A stretch of 64,000 bases of DNA, taken from IMG/VR virus record IMGVR_UViG_2923967841_000001, one strand, 5' to 3'. Below are positions 8,616 through 19,030 of this stretch, piece by piece. Both the position numbers and the translations under genes were made by a program. The DNA is from a virus. How positions within the stretch are numbered: the stretch's first letter is position 1; each line of letters begins with the position of its first letter. The notes beneath the pieces are model-generated. The model was not told where the DNA came from and made no database searches. It saw nothing but the letters and a program-made list of their open reading frames with translations.

Positions 8616-9541
8616 TTTTCCTTTCTGATGATTGCTGTGATTGAATAAGCTACGTATACAAACAATTTTTTAAAAGATAAGATTTTATAATATTGTCTAT
8701 AGTCAATTAGTTTATTTAGAGAATTTTTTCTATTTTTAGTTACTACATGATATTGCTTGTTAAAAAGTTCTTTGTAAAGTTCATGATATATGAAAGCAAA
8801 TTCTTCAAATACACCTCCAACATCCCAGGGTTTACTTTTTCCTGAATAGTGTACGAATATCGCATCATTTAAAGATCTGTTTTCTCCAACCCCTACTGTT
8901 TTAAAGTTTAAATTTTTACTAATTGGAAAGTAATTACCGTCTATTAAAGAATTTAAAATATCCTGATCCCAAAATTTAGCTTTATGTTTTAGTTTTTCTG
9001 TTAATGCAAGTGCCTTAGTTGACAAATTATTAATTTTCCATTGTTCTAAGTTAACTAACATAACTCCGGCATTAAAATATTTATCGTTTTTCATGTTTAA
9101 TCTTATTAAGGGTTCGTCGTTTTGAAAGCGATAAAATTCATCTGTAAATCCAATAAATTTGTTATTTTTTTTCATAGAACTAATTGCAAATTGTAAATCA
9201 TTGACGGGGTTTTTTACACATACAATATCCGAATCCAAATAAATAAGATCAAAATTACTGTCTTCAAATAAAGTATCCAGATACAGTCGATAGAAAGTAG
9301 CTTTGGAAACATGTGCTTTTTCTATATTGTAAAAACTATTTTTTACATTAATATTTTTAATGATAAAGTTGTTCAAATTAACATGATTCAAAATAACTTT
9401 TGGAAATTTAAATTTTTCATTTGAACTATCTAAAACAACATATATATTTATTTTTTGATCAACATTCTCTAGTAATGAATAAATGGAAACACATGCTTGT
9501 TGATTATAATTTTTATCGAAAGCATACAAAAAATTTAACAT
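8612..9541 (-). CDS. Glycosyltransferase family 8
   Basis: YAFDKNY, YLDSD, YFNAGVMLVNL, DQDILN, HYSGKSKPW. Confidence 0.9.
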   Translation of the reverse strand: MLNFLYAFDKNYNQQACVSIYSLLENVDQKINIYVVLDSSNEKFKFPKVILNHVNLNNFIIKNINVKNSFYNIEKAHVSKATFYRLYLDTLFEDSNFDLIYLDSDIVCVKNPVNDLQFAISSMKKNNKFIGFTDEFYRFQNDEPLIRLNMKNDKYFNAGVMLVNLEQWKINNLSTKALALTEKLKHKAKFWDQDILNSLIDGNYFPISKNLNFKTVGVGENRSLNDAIFVHYSGKSKPWDVGGVFEEFAFIYHELYKELFNKQYHVVTKNRKNSLNKLIDYRQYYKILSFKKLFVYVAYSITAIIRKEN

Positions 9542-10629
9542 TAATAATTAAATTTCCTAAAAAAATATCTTCTTAATCTATTAAAAATTTTTAATTTACT
9601 CATCACTAGATGTTTTAAATCAGCAGAATATCTGTAATAAAAATGTAAATTATTTTTCAAATTAACTTTATCAGAATTTTCTATGTTGTTTGTTTGGTCA
9701 CATATTTTATTTTTCCAATAATTAAAATCAAGTTCTTCAAACGTCATCTTATTAAAGCTACTAAGGATGTTTTCATATTGGTGCTCTAGAAATTCTTTAG
9801 TTATCATGCTGTAATCTTCTACTAGTAACTTGGGAATAGACTTAAACGAAAGATAATGTAAATGGTTTTGTGTAACAGGTATTGACCCACTATAAAGTGC
9901 CTCCCAAAATCTGTGGGTATCAATTCCATTACCCCAAGGTGCTAATGTAAATTTATGATTTGCCATTTTAGACTGATATTCTTCATGTGATATTGGAGAC
10001 TCGTCTAATTCAGCCCATGATTTATTTTTAAATTGGCTAAACAAAGATTTTCTATGTGAAAAATTCGTATTTTGATTAAAGTTCAAATAAAGTAGGTTCA
10101 AGTGTTCTAAAAAATTACCACTACTTTCTTTAAATGAGTTTTCATTTAAATTCTTTGTATGAAAATTTGCTAAACCTATTGGTATTGGAATTAAGTCAGG
10201 ATTGGAGTAATCAGCATTAATGGAGTACCATTTAGAAATACACTTTGGCTTCATGTTAAAAAGTTTCTTGGTAATTCTTAGATCACTTTGGTGTGTTATT
10301 AGTTTAATATTTTTAAAATTATCCTGATTTTTTAACACCCTAAATAATTCTTTAATATATTCTGTCTTGCAAAAAATAATATCATTTTCTTGAAGATTAA
10401 ATTTTCTCTTTTTAACAAAAATATATTCATTGTCCCCTATATGTTCTTCAATGTTTTCTTGTAAATTTAAAGAATCAATTTGAGATTTTAGAAAAACACC
10501 ACTAAAAATAACATCAGAAATTTCTGCAAATTTAAAACCAGTAATAAAATTCAAATTATTTTTTTCCATAAAATTCAATTTTATATTCTTTTTCAATGAT
10601 TTTATCAACTTCGTCATATTGAAAATCAA
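9541..10629 (-). CDS. Exostosin-like (GT47-like) glycosyltransferase; start uncertain (10629, 10617 or 10569)
   Basis: KFTLAPWGNGIDTHRFWEALYSGSIPV; paralogous to 35260-36351. Confidence 0.65.
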   Translation of the reverse strand: MIFNMTKLIKSLKKNIKLNFMEKNNLNFITGFKFAEISDVIFSGVFLKSQIDSLNLQENIEEHIGDNEYIFVKKRKFNLQENDIIFCKTEYIKELFRVLKNQDNFKNIKLITHQSDLRITKKLFNMKPKCISKWYSINADYSNPDLIPIPIGLANFHTKNLNENSFKESSGNFLEHLNLLYLNFNQNTNFSHRKSLFSQFKNKSWAELDESPISHEEYQSKMANHKFTLAPWGNGIDTHRFWEALYSGSIPVTQNHLHYLSFKSIPKLLVEDYSMITKEFLEHQYENILSSFNKMTFEELDFNYWKNKICDQTNNIENSDKVNLKNNLHFYYRYSADLKHLVMSKLKIFNRLRRYFFRKFNY

Positions 10630-11743
10630 TTATGTTGTAATCATAATTGTTTATATTTTTACACCCGTTATCTAGGTAAATTTGGAGAAAGTTTTTTTTA
10701 ATATAGTATCTATTTAGCAAATTTAATTGATCAGTATTTGTGATGAATAGTAGAACTTTTTTTCGAAAAATAAGTCTAATTGGAATTTTTTTTAGGCTTT
10801 CAACATTAAATAGAATTAATATTTTACATCTACTATTTGTAGTAGTGGACTCGAAATAATATTTCTTTAACAGCTTTTCTCTTATACCTTTTTTTTCATC
10901 ATAGAAAAATAAAATTTTGTTTGGCCAATTTTGAATTTTGATACCAAATAATTCTGTATTTGACGGTAGTTTTCTTTTTGTGCTCAACCAATGTGTTATA
11001 GATAATAGAGACTGGTCATGTCTGTGGTTAGAAGTAGAACTATTTTTTGGAAAAATTAAATCTTTTTGACTGGAATAATTGTTCCATTTCTCAAGGGTTA
11101 AAACTCCTTCTTGTTTTCTAAATGAGAAACCTGTAACTCCTGCTAGTAAATTTGGAGATTGCAAAACTTCAAAGTTATTTTTTAAATCTAATTTTTCAAT
11201 AACATAGTTGTGTGTCCAATCACTAATTGAACCTGTAGAGTAAAAGCTACCAAAACCGTAATAAGCAATTAGATATTTAAAGAAAATAATTTTTTTGTCG
11301 AATATTGTTGCTGAGTCTAACCAAATTACGTTTGTGAATTTTTCTTCTTTAAGAGTATTGATAATTGCAGGTTTCCATGCAAAACCTCCAATCTTATTAT
11401 TATGCTCAGGAAGTCTTAAACTGTAAAATTCTGGATATTTTTCAAAAGGAAACTTTCTTAAATCAATAAAATTAAAATTCAATATTTCTTGAATTTGTTT
11501 ATTGCTTAGCCCAATATCATAAATTATAAATTTTGTGAAATGTCGGCTTTTTATCAATTTTTCATAGTTTTTAATAAGTTGTTTCAAATAGATATAATGC
11601 TTTTCATCAGACGCTGTAACAAGCACAAAGGCTTCATTTAAAAAATTATCATTATAAATTAATTTTTTAAAAACTAAATTAACAATAAGTAGAATATCTA
11701 TTATTTTTGATTTCATATATCTACTTTTTATGATAGTAATCAA
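10556..11743 (-). CDS. DUF1647-like putative glycosyltransferase
   Basis: VLVTASDEKH, IYDIGL, FAWKPAII, IWLDSA, HRHDQSLLS; motif order matches DUF1647 as I recall it. Confidence 0.5.
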   Translation of the reverse strand: MITIIKSRYMKSKIIDILLIVNLVFKKLIYNDNFLNEAFVLVTASDEKHYIYLKQLIKNYEKLIKSRHFTKFIIYDIGLSNKQIQEILNFNFIDLRKFPFEKYPEFYSLRLPEHNNKIGGFAWKPAIINTLKEEKFTNVIWLDSATIFDKKIIFFKYLIAYYGFGSFYSTGSISDWTHNYVIEKLDLKNNFEVLQSPNLLAGVTGFSFRKQEGVLTLEKWNNYSSQKDLIFPKNSSTSNHRHDQSLLSITHWLSTKRKLPSNTELFGIKIQNWPNKILFFYDEKKGIREKLLKKYYFESTTTNSRCKILILFNVESLKKIPIRLIFRKKVLLFITNTDQLNLLNRYYIKKNFLQIYLDNGCKNINNYDYNIIDFQYDEVDKIIEKEYKIEFYGKK

Positions 11744-11774
11744 AATAAAACAAATTCAATAACAATATGTCATT

Positions 11775-12677
11775 GTGAACAAGTTGTATAAAATATTGAC
11801 TGTGGACAATATTGTTGAAGAGTACAAAATATTTATTTGTGGAATTTCAAAAAATTGTATAAATAGCATTAATTCAAATTTGCAATTTTTATCAGATTTT
11901 ATTAATTTTACAAATTTAAAAGTTTTTACTATTTTTGTTGATTCAGATTCTAATGATGGAACTAAAAAAGTATTGGAAGAATTTTCAAAAAATAATGATT
12001 CTAACATTTATATTAATCTTGATGGTTTAGAGACTAAATTTAACAACAGAATTGAGAGGATAAAAATTTCTAGAAACAAATGTCTTGAAACATTAAATGA
12101 AAATAAAGAAAATTATAAAGCTATTTATATTCCAATTGATTTAGATATTGACATTTTTAGCTTAACATCTCTAAAGCAGTTTGAAGAATTAATTGAATAT
12201 GTTATTAAAAAGAATTACTCAAACGGCATATTTCCATTCTCAACACCTTTTTACTATGACATTTTTGCATTGCGAGCAGTAAATTGGGTGAATTATAACT
12301 CACAATATTGGGTGAAAAGAATGAAAAAAATACTAAAAGTGGGAAGTTTCTTATATAATTTTATTTTTATTTTTAGACATCAAATAACATCTGAAAAATT
12401 TCGTCAAAAAAATGTAAAGGTTAAAAGTGCTTTTGGTGGAGCTGGAATATACAAATTAGAAAATACCTATAAATTTTATTCTTTAGACGAAAAAAATCCA
12501 CAAGATGTTTCTGAGCATGTGCAGTTTAATTTACAATTTAAAGAGCTTGAAATTTTAACTCAATGGAAAGTGCCAGCTCCTAAAGAACACTTGGAATATC
12601 GCTTGTTAAGTGGATTTGCCAAGTTGAAGTATGTACTAAGAACCATACGATTTGATTTTATGAGATGTAAACGATAA
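11775..12677 (+). CDS. GT-A fold protein, CAP59/GT69 (cryptococcal mannosyltransferase)-like
   Basis: FVDSDSNDGT, RNKCL, IDLDI, YYDIFALR, VKSAFGGAGIYK, SEHVQFN. Confidence 0.5.
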   Translation: MNKLYKILTVDNIVEEYKIFICGISKNCINSINSNLQFLSDFINFTNLKVFTIFVDSDSNDGTKKVLEEFSKNNDSNIYINLDGLETKFNNRIERIKISRNKCLETLNENKENYKAIYIPIDLDIDIFSLTSLKQFEELIEYVIKKNYSNGIFPFSTPFYYDIFALRAVNWVNYNSQYWVKRMKKILKVGSFLYNFIFIFRHQITSEKFRQKNVKVKSAFGGAGIYKLENTYKFYSLDEKNPQDVSEHVQFNLQFKELEILTQWKVPAPKEHLEYRLLSGFAKLKYVLRTIRFDFMRCKR

Positions 12678-12684
12678 ATTTTTT

Positions 12685-14004
12685 TTATTTTTCTTCTCTT
12701 ACTTCGTTGATTGAAGTATTAAAAGCTGAAAAAGAAACTGCTAAATAAAATAACAATTTAAATCCATCTTTAAATCTTGCAATTTGTGTTGTGCCATATT
12801 TTCTTTCTCTATACACTATTGGCACTTCAACAATCTTTTGACCTGAATAAGCAGCTGCAAATATTAAGTCAAAATCACCAAATGGATCTTTTTTACCAAA
12901 AATATTTTGCCAAAAATATAAGTCATTTAGATACGATTTTTTAAAAACTTTGGTTCCACATAAAGAGTCAGTCAATGCCTCTTTAATAATCTTGCTAATA
13001 AAAAACTGAAAAAACCTATTTCCTATTCTATTTAAAAACCTCATTGAATTTTTTTCCATATCGTAAATTAATCTTGTTCCATTTACAAAGTCCGCATTAT
13101 TTTTTTCAATTATCTCAAAAAAATCACTTAATGTCTCAGGATCTACGCTGATATCTGCATCTAATATTGCTATTAAATCATTCTCAACAACGTTCAATGC
13201 CTCCCATACAGCATTTGCTTTACCATTTTTAGTTTGCTTAACTAATTTGAATTTAAACAACTTATTAGTTTGAGAAATTTGTTCCATTACTTTTAAAGTA
13301 TCGTCTTTAGACTCACCATAAGAAAATATAATCTCTGTATTTTCAAACTTGGGAATTCTTGATACGAGTTCTACTAAGTTTCCCTCCTCATTTTTTGCAG
13401 GAATGATAATAGATTTTGAGTTTTTTAAATTAGTAATAATTGCAGGTCTAAATATAATGTATGTTTTAACACCCAGGTTGAGAGAAAATAAAATTATTTC
13501 CATAATTTTATTAATCACATTTCCTATATAAAAGAAACTAAACGGAAATAATTGTTTTGTGTAAAATTTTTGATATTCTAAACCAACTCCACTAGTTATA
13601 TTTCTAATTTTTTTTACGTGTATATAAGAGCTATTTTCATTTGAATCTTTCAGCTTCAGCAATTCGAGAGTTCTAGATAGAATTAAATATTTTGTATTGA
13701 TTGAACTAATTATAAGTTTTCCATCAAATGTCAGTAAATTACTAACTATGTTTAAAAGTGAAAATACATCATCATAATTCTCTACAACGTCAGTTAATAT
13801 TATCCTTTGATACTTTTTATTTATAGTTAAAAGAGATGTGAGTTTTGGATTATTCAAATCCAGAAATATGGTTTCGCACTCTTCACTTAAAAGTTTATTT
13901 TTTGATTTTTTATTAATTATGTGAAGTGATTCTTTATGATATATATATTTAGCAATTTCATTATTGTGTCGCTTGTAAAATGTTTTATTAGAAAGTTTCA
14001 ACAT
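12685..14004 (-). CDS. GT2 glycosyltransferase with an N-terminal degenerate methyltransferase-like domain
   Basis: C-terminal half: SIIIPAKNEEGN, GKANAV, ILDADISVDP, DSLCGTK, DPFGDFDL. N-terminal half: RIILTDVV...LIISS. Confidence 0.8.
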   Translation of the reverse strand: MLKLSNKTFYKRHNNEIAKYIYHKESLHIINKKSKNKLLSEECETIFLDLNNPKLTSLLTINKKYQRIILTDVVENYDDVFSLLNIVSNLLTFDGKLIISSINTKYLILSRTLELLKLKDSNENSSYIHVKKIRNITSGVGLEYQKFYTKQLFPFSFFYIGNVINKIMEIILFSLNLGVKTYIIFRPAIITNLKNSKSIIIPAKNEEGNLVELVSRIPKFENTEIIFSYGESKDDTLKVMEQISQTNKLFKFKLVKQTKNGKANAVWEALNVVENDLIAILDADISVDPETLSDFFEIIEKNNADFVNGTRLIYDMEKNSMRFLNRIGNRFFQFFISKIIKEALTDSLCGTKVFKKSYLNDLYFWQNIFGKKDPFGDFDLIFAAAYSGQKIVEVPIVYRERKYGTTQIARFKDGFKLLFYLAVSFSAFNTSINEVREEK

Positions 14005-14040
14005 ATGAAGTTATTCTAGTATTGATTGGAAAGCAGATAT

Positions 14041-15147
14041 TTATATACCTACTTCATTTAAAAGAAATTCATTAAATAGATTGAGATTGAATTTCTGATG
14101 GACTAGCTCTGTACTGCTTTTAGAAACTGATTCTAGTTTTGAGTTATTGTCATATATTATATTTATTTTTTCAATCCAAGATCCTACTGTGCCCTTATCT
14201 TCAAAAAATATATTGGTATCATTTACAAATAAATTCTTATCCCAAAAGCCTCTTGTTTTTGAAATAACTACTGGGACACCTAAAGACATGGATTGAAGTG
14301 TTACACTTTGCCCTGAAGGCTGTGAAGTATTTTTTAAAGGCAATATTACCATTCTTGCATCAAGATAGATTTCCTTCAAATTTGAATCTTTTATTTTGGT
14401 AGATGACCAGTTTCCATTAATAATCTCAACATTTGATAATTGTAAATTTATAACTTTTTCATTTGAAGAGACAAATATAAAATTTTTTTCAGGCATTTTT
14501 TTTGCGATTTTAATTAGTAAATCATAATCTCTATTTCCATCATTACCAATAAATAGAATTTTATCTTTTATGAGAGGATCATAATTGTTTGATTTCCAAA
14601 ATTTAGTATCAATATGAAATGGTGAGTAAATAACTTTATTTTTATCAAATACTTTTTCACTCGCAATTTTATACTCTTCAATACCAAGAAAGTATAATTT
14701 ATCCACATAGCTGATTAAAAGCGAAATTAAAAAATTGTGAATAAACTTAAATGTCTTATAATTTAATTTCTTTGAATACAACCCCATTACAAACATATGA
14801 ACCTTAAATTTGTATTTTCTTTTAAGCAATAAAAGCAATGGCAATGAAGCAAAAGCCGTTGGCTCTGACACAAGAAATATATTGTCTGTATCTTTTATAA
14901 TCTTAACATTTTCTTTTCTTAGTAAAGAGCATATATTAAGTGGTAAGCTAATCAGTTTTGATAATATGTGTTCTATTTTTTTGAAGATAGCACTAACTTC
15001 ACTGAACTCAATTATTTTTGTATTAAAGTTTTTCTTCTCTAAAAAACGGTAGCCATAAAAAAAATCATCGGCATATTCTTTGTCATGAAGACGATTTAAT
15101 CTGCCTTTAGAAAAAATATATGTAATTTTCTTCATTAAAATAACCAT
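14041..15147 (-). CDS. Glycosyltransferase family 4
   Basis: FIGNDGNRDY, VILPL, SGQSVTLQSMSLGVPVVIS. Confidence 0.8.
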   Translation of the reverse strand: MVILMKKITYIFSKGRLNRLHDKEYADDFFYGYRFLEKKNFNTKIIEFSEVSAIFKKIEHILSKLISLPLNICSLLRKENVKIIKDTDNIFLVSEPTAFASLPLLLLLKRKYKFKVHMFVMGLYSKKLNYKTFKFIHNFLISLLISYVDKLYFLGIEEYKIASEKVFDKNKVIYSPFHIDTKFWKSNNYDPLIKDKILFIGNDGNRDYDLLIKIAKKMPEKNFIFVSSNEKVINLQLSNVEIINGNWSSTKIKDSNLKEIYLDARMVILPLKNTSQPSGQSVTLQSMSLGVPVVISKTRGFWDKNLFVNDTNIFFEDKGTVGSWIEKINIIYDNNSKLESVSKSSTELVHQKFNLNLFNEFLLNEVGI

Positions 15148-15148
15148 A

Positions 15149-16270
15149 GTGTCAAAATTAAAAATTGCTATATTTTTTACTTACGACTATTCAGTAGAGA
15201 CATTACGGAACTCTGGGTTGTTTGAAAGAGAAATGAGAATTTACTGTGAAATTTATAAAAATTATGATGTCGATTTTAAATTTATTACCTATGATGAAAA
15301 TTTAGATTTAAAGGGTAAGTATCAGAACTTTACATTTATATCAGTGTATGATTCTATAAAAAAATCTAGAAATAAAATAGTTAGACTTATTAAATCCTTT
15401 TTTGTACCCTTCAAACTTAAAAAAGATTTAGAAGATGTTGATATTTTACACCAACATCAGCTTCTTGGTTCTTGGGTTCCTTTGGTATTAAAATATCTTT
15501 TAAAGAAACCGGTTCTGATAAGAACTGGTTATGATGCTTATTTATTTACAATTCAAAACAAGGAACCAAAATATAAAACATTTTTTTATAAGCTTCTTAC
15601 AATAATTTCTATAAAATTTAGTGACCTATATACCGTGACTAGTAACTCTGATTTTGAATTTTTAAAAAATAAATTTTTGACAAATAGTATAAAAATAGTT
15701 CCTAATTGGGTTGATCAAAAAAAAGAAATCTTGAGTAATAGAAATTTAGTAAAAATTCTTATGGTTGGTAGATTAGAAAAACAAAAGAACTATTCACTTG
15801 CATTTGAATTTTTAAATAAATTGGACGGTGATTTTGAAATTGATATATTTGGCTCAGGATCGCAAAAAAGTATGCTAAAGAATCTAGCTGAAGAGAATAA
15901 ATTAAAGATAAATTTTTTAGGTAATGTCCAGCATAAAGAGCTTATGGAAAAGTATAAAAATTATGAGTATTTTTTATCAACTTCTAAATTTGAAGGAAAC
16001 CCCAAAACTATTCTCGAAGCCTTAAGTAATGAGTGTATTGTATTTGCCTCAAATATTCTAAATCATTCAGAGTTAATTGAAGATGGGGTAAATGGATTCC
16101 TTTTTCAAAGCAAAAATGAACTTATTGAAAAATTTGAATTTATTGAAAATAATAACCAATTAAAAAAAACTATTAGGAATAATTGTAAAGAAAGTTTGAA
16201 AAATAATTCAATAGATAAAGTTACCGAACTTATGTTTTTAGATTACGATTACCTAATATCATTAAGATAA
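15149..16270 (+). CDS. Glycosyltransferase family 4
   Basis: MVGRLEKQKNY, FGSGS, EGNPKTILEAL, EDGVNGFLF. Confidence 0.85.
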   Translation: MSKLKIAIFFTYDYSVETLRNSGLFEREMRIYCEIYKNYDVDFKFITYDENLDLKGKYQNFTFISVYDSIKKSRNKIVRLIKSFFVPFKLKKDLEDVDILHQHQLLGSWVPLVLKYLLKKPVLIRTGYDAYLFTIQNKEPKYKTFFYKLLTIISIKFSDLYTVTSNSDFEFLKNKFLTNSIKIVPNWVDQKKEILSNRNLVKILMVGRLEKQKNYSLAFEFLNKLDGDFEIDIFGSGSQKSMLKNLAEENKLKINFLGNVQHKELMEKYKNYEYFLSTSKFEGNPKTILEALSNECIVFASNILNHSELIEDGVNGFLFQSKNELIEKFEFIENNNQLKKTIRNNCKESLKNNSIDKVTELMFLDYDYLISLR

Positions 16271-18033
16271 ATCGCCAAAACAAAAAATCTCCAAATTCTT
16301 AAAGCATTAACTCTTGTAGGTATTTTTTTCAGTTTATATAAGTTTTCAAGCTTGATGTAATCAGATAAATTTGAATTGCTAATTTCATCAGCTATATATT
16401 CATAATTAGAAAAAACCCATTTCTTATAATCAAAAACAAATCCCTGCTTTGGCCTATCAAGAAACCCCTTATCAAAATCGTATTGTAAATAATTTCTCAA
16501 AGGTAGTTTCTGAATTTTATTTTGAAAATACTCAGTACTATGGCCAAGAACATATTCTATTAATTTATGGTCTACAAATGGTGATCTAACTTCTAAAGAA
16601 TTTGACATCGATGCCCTATCAACTTTATACATCATTTGATCAACAAGATAATATTTGTAATCGGCACACAATAATCTCTTGTAAAGAGAGTTGCCCTCAT
16701 TTACTTTTATTCTTAATTTTTCATCCAACTTCTTATCAAATAAAAAATTAAAAAGCTTTTGGTCTTCTAAAAAAGATACATAAGCTTCAACCTGATTATT
16801 AGAAAGTGATTTAAAATTAGTACCAGTACCAAAATTTGGTGGGTAATATTTATAAATTTTACTGAAATAATCTTTTGTAGTGCTCTTATTAATTAAATGA
16901 TTTTTAACTCGATCATAACCTCCGAGAAGTTCGTCACCCCCATCGCCAGATATTGCGACTTTATAATCTAAAGCCATTAACTTACTTAAATAATAAGTTG
17001 GAACAATTGATGGATCAGAAAAAGGTTCATCTAAAGAACGAATTGCGCTAAGAACAATATTAGTGGAAATACTATCATCTATTAAAACTTCTTTATGGTT
17101 TGTATTATATTTTTTTACTACCTCATCAATATACTTTTTTTCATTATATTTTTTATTTTTAACAATTACCGAAAAAGTATTAACATCATAATTTGAGTCT
17201 GATAGATTTTTTACAATGCTTGTAGAGTCTATTCCACCCGACAAAAATGATGCAACCGGAACATCTGAAACCATCCTTTTTGTTACAGACTTTGAAAATA
17301 ATTCCTCGAAGACATCGTAATTAAATTTTTTATTATCAATAAACTTGTCTGGAGACCAGTAGTGATTTTCCTTAACATTTAAATTTCCTTTAGCATAATC
17401 AATTTCAAGATATGATCCAGGTTTTATTTTTAAAATATTCTTAAAAATAGTATTTGGTGAAAAACTTACACCATAAGCAATATACTGCTCAAGAGATTCT
17501 ATGTTAATTTCATTTTTTTTACATAATTCACTTACTGACTTTAAATTTGAAGCAAATAGTAGCTCATTGTCTTCTAATCTTACATAAAGCGGTTTTTGTC
17601 CTAACCTATCTTTTGCCAAAAATATTTTTTGGTTAACTTTGTCGAGATAAAAAAAAGAGAATTGTCCTTCAAGATTTTCTATAAATTTTATACCATAATT
17701 TTCAAGGCCTGCAAGAAGTGTTTCTGTATCAGAATGAGATGTTTTAAAGTCATATAAGTCTTTGAGTGAACTATTCCGTAAAGTTTTGGAGTTGTATATT
17801 TCTCCATTAAACATAAGAACCGAATTTGTTTTATCTGAAATCATTGGTTGATTAGCTTCTGCACTTAAATCTATGATTGAAAGTCTGTTAAACCATAGGT
17901 CATAATATATACCATCATTACCAATAATATTTGATAAATTATCCGGACCTCTACAAATAGAGTGAGAGTTTGAATGTTTTAATAAGTCATTATCAATTTC
18001 TTTAAATGAAACAGCTCCTGTAAAACCACACAT
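16249..18033 (-). CDS. asnB: Asparagine synthase (glutamine-hydrolysing)-like amidotransferase
   Basis: MCGFTG Ntn start at 18033, RGPD, RLSIID, FNGEIYN, SDTE, DRLGQKPLY, LSGGIDS, SGDGGDELLGGY, LEVRSPFVD. Confidence 0.9.
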   Translation of the reverse strand: MCGFTGAVSFKEIDNDLLKHSNSHSICRGPDNLSNIIGNDGIYYDLWFNRLSIIDLSAEANQPMISDKTNSVLMFNGEIYNSKTLRNSSLKDLYDFKTSHSDTETLLAGLENYGIKFIENLEGQFSFFYLDKVNQKIFLAKDRLGQKPLYVRLEDNELLFASNLKSVSELCKKNEINIESLEQYIAYGVSFSPNTIFKNILKIKPGSYLEIDYAKGNLNVKENHYWSPDKFIDNKKFNYDVFEELFSKSVTKRMVSDVPVASFLSGGIDSTSIVKNLSDSNYDVNTFSVIVKNKKYNEKKYIDEVVKKYNTNHKEVLIDDSISTNIVLSAIRSLDEPFSDPSIVPTYYLSKLMALDYKVAISGDGGDELLGGYDRVKNHLINKSTTKDYFSKIYKYYPPNFGTGTNFKSLSNNQVEAYVSFLEDQKLFNFLFDKKLDEKLRIKVNEGNSLYKRLLCADYKYYLVDQMMYKVDRASMSNSLEVRSPFVDHKLIEYVLGHSTEYFQNKIQKLPLRNYLQYDFDKGFLDRPKQGFVFDYKKWVFSNYEYIADEISNSNLSDYIKLENLYKLKKIPTRVNALRIWRFFVLAIYLNDIR

Positions 18034-18100
18034 AAAAGAATTATAATTACTAAAAAGACTTCTAAGATAAAATTTATTTTTATTAGAATTAACTATAATT

Positions 18101-19030
18101 ATGAAAATTGCAATTCTTGGTAGCCAAGGTTTAGTTGGAAGTGCTGTTGTAAGGAAATTCAAAAATAACAATTTATTTACAAAAGTTATTTCATCAAATA
18201 GAGAAACTTTAAATCTGTTTGATTATGAAAGCGTAAAGAAATTTATAGAACAAGAGAAGCCAGATTATATAGTAAATGCTGCAGCAAAAGTTGGAGGGAT
18301 ACTTGCTAACAATACATACAGAGCTGATTTCATATTAGAAAATTTAAAAATTAATGTAAATTTATTAGAGTCTTTAATCCCATTTAAAAATATTAAATTA
18401 ATTAATCTAGGAAGCAGTTGTATATACCCTCTCAATGCAAAAAACCCAATTAAAGAGGACTACATAATGACAGGTGAGTTAGAAAAAACAAACTCACCTT
18501 ATGCTATGGCTAAATTAACTGCAATTGAACTTGGTAATTCAATACAAGCTCAATATGGGCATAAAATAGTAAATTTAATGCCAACAAATTTATACGGACC
18601 AAATGATAACTTTTCAGATAAAAATAGTCATGTAATCCCTGGATTAATGGGAAGGATGCATAAAACAAAAAATAATAAAGAAAACAAATTTGAAGTTTGG
18701 GGAACAGGTAACCCTCTTAGAGAATTTTTATACGTTGATGACCTTGCAGATGCTATATTATTTATAATTGAAAATAATGTTGAAGACGGATTAATTAATA
18801 TTGGAAGTAGCGATGAAATATCAATAAGTGATCTTGTTGATTCAATGACAAAAATAATTGATTATAAAGGCGAAATAATTTTTAATACTAAATATCCAGA
18901 TGGCAATCCAAGAAAACTTCTTGATTCTTCCAAAATTTTATCATATGGGTGGAAACCAAAAGTAAAAATAGATGAAGGATTAAGCCGAACTTACAAGTGG
19001 TATTTAGAAAATATATCTAAAAATAATTAA
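18101..19030 (+). CDS. fcl: GDP-L-fucose synthase
   Basis: GSQGLVGS, AAAKVGGI, LGSSCIYP, YAMAK, PTNLYGPND, HVIPGL, WGTGNPLREFLYVDDLA. Confidence 0.93.
   Translation: MKIAILGSQGLVGSAVVRKFKNNNLFTKVISSNRETLNLFDYESVKKFIEQEKPDYIVNAAAKVGGILANNTYRADFILENLKINVNLLESLIPFKNIKLINLGSSCIYPLNAKNPIKEDYIMTGELEKTNSPYAMAKLTAIELGNSIQAQYGHKIVNLMPTNLYGPNDNFSDKNSHVIPGLMGRMHKTKNNKENKFEVWGTGNPLREFLYVDDLADAILFIIENNVEDGLINIGSSDEISISDLVDSMTKIIDYKGEIIFNTKYPDGNPRKLLDSSKILSYGWKPKVKIDEGLSRTYKWYLENISKNN

Noticed and set aside
16249-18171. ORF-track start at 18171 for the AsnB-like gene, and similar extensions at 1102, 2703, 24547 and 42781
   Set aside because: The Ntn amidotransferase needs Cys at position 2 (MCG at 18033), and the extension overlaps fcl. 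The other extensions precede clear family N-termini or overlap neighbouring genes.
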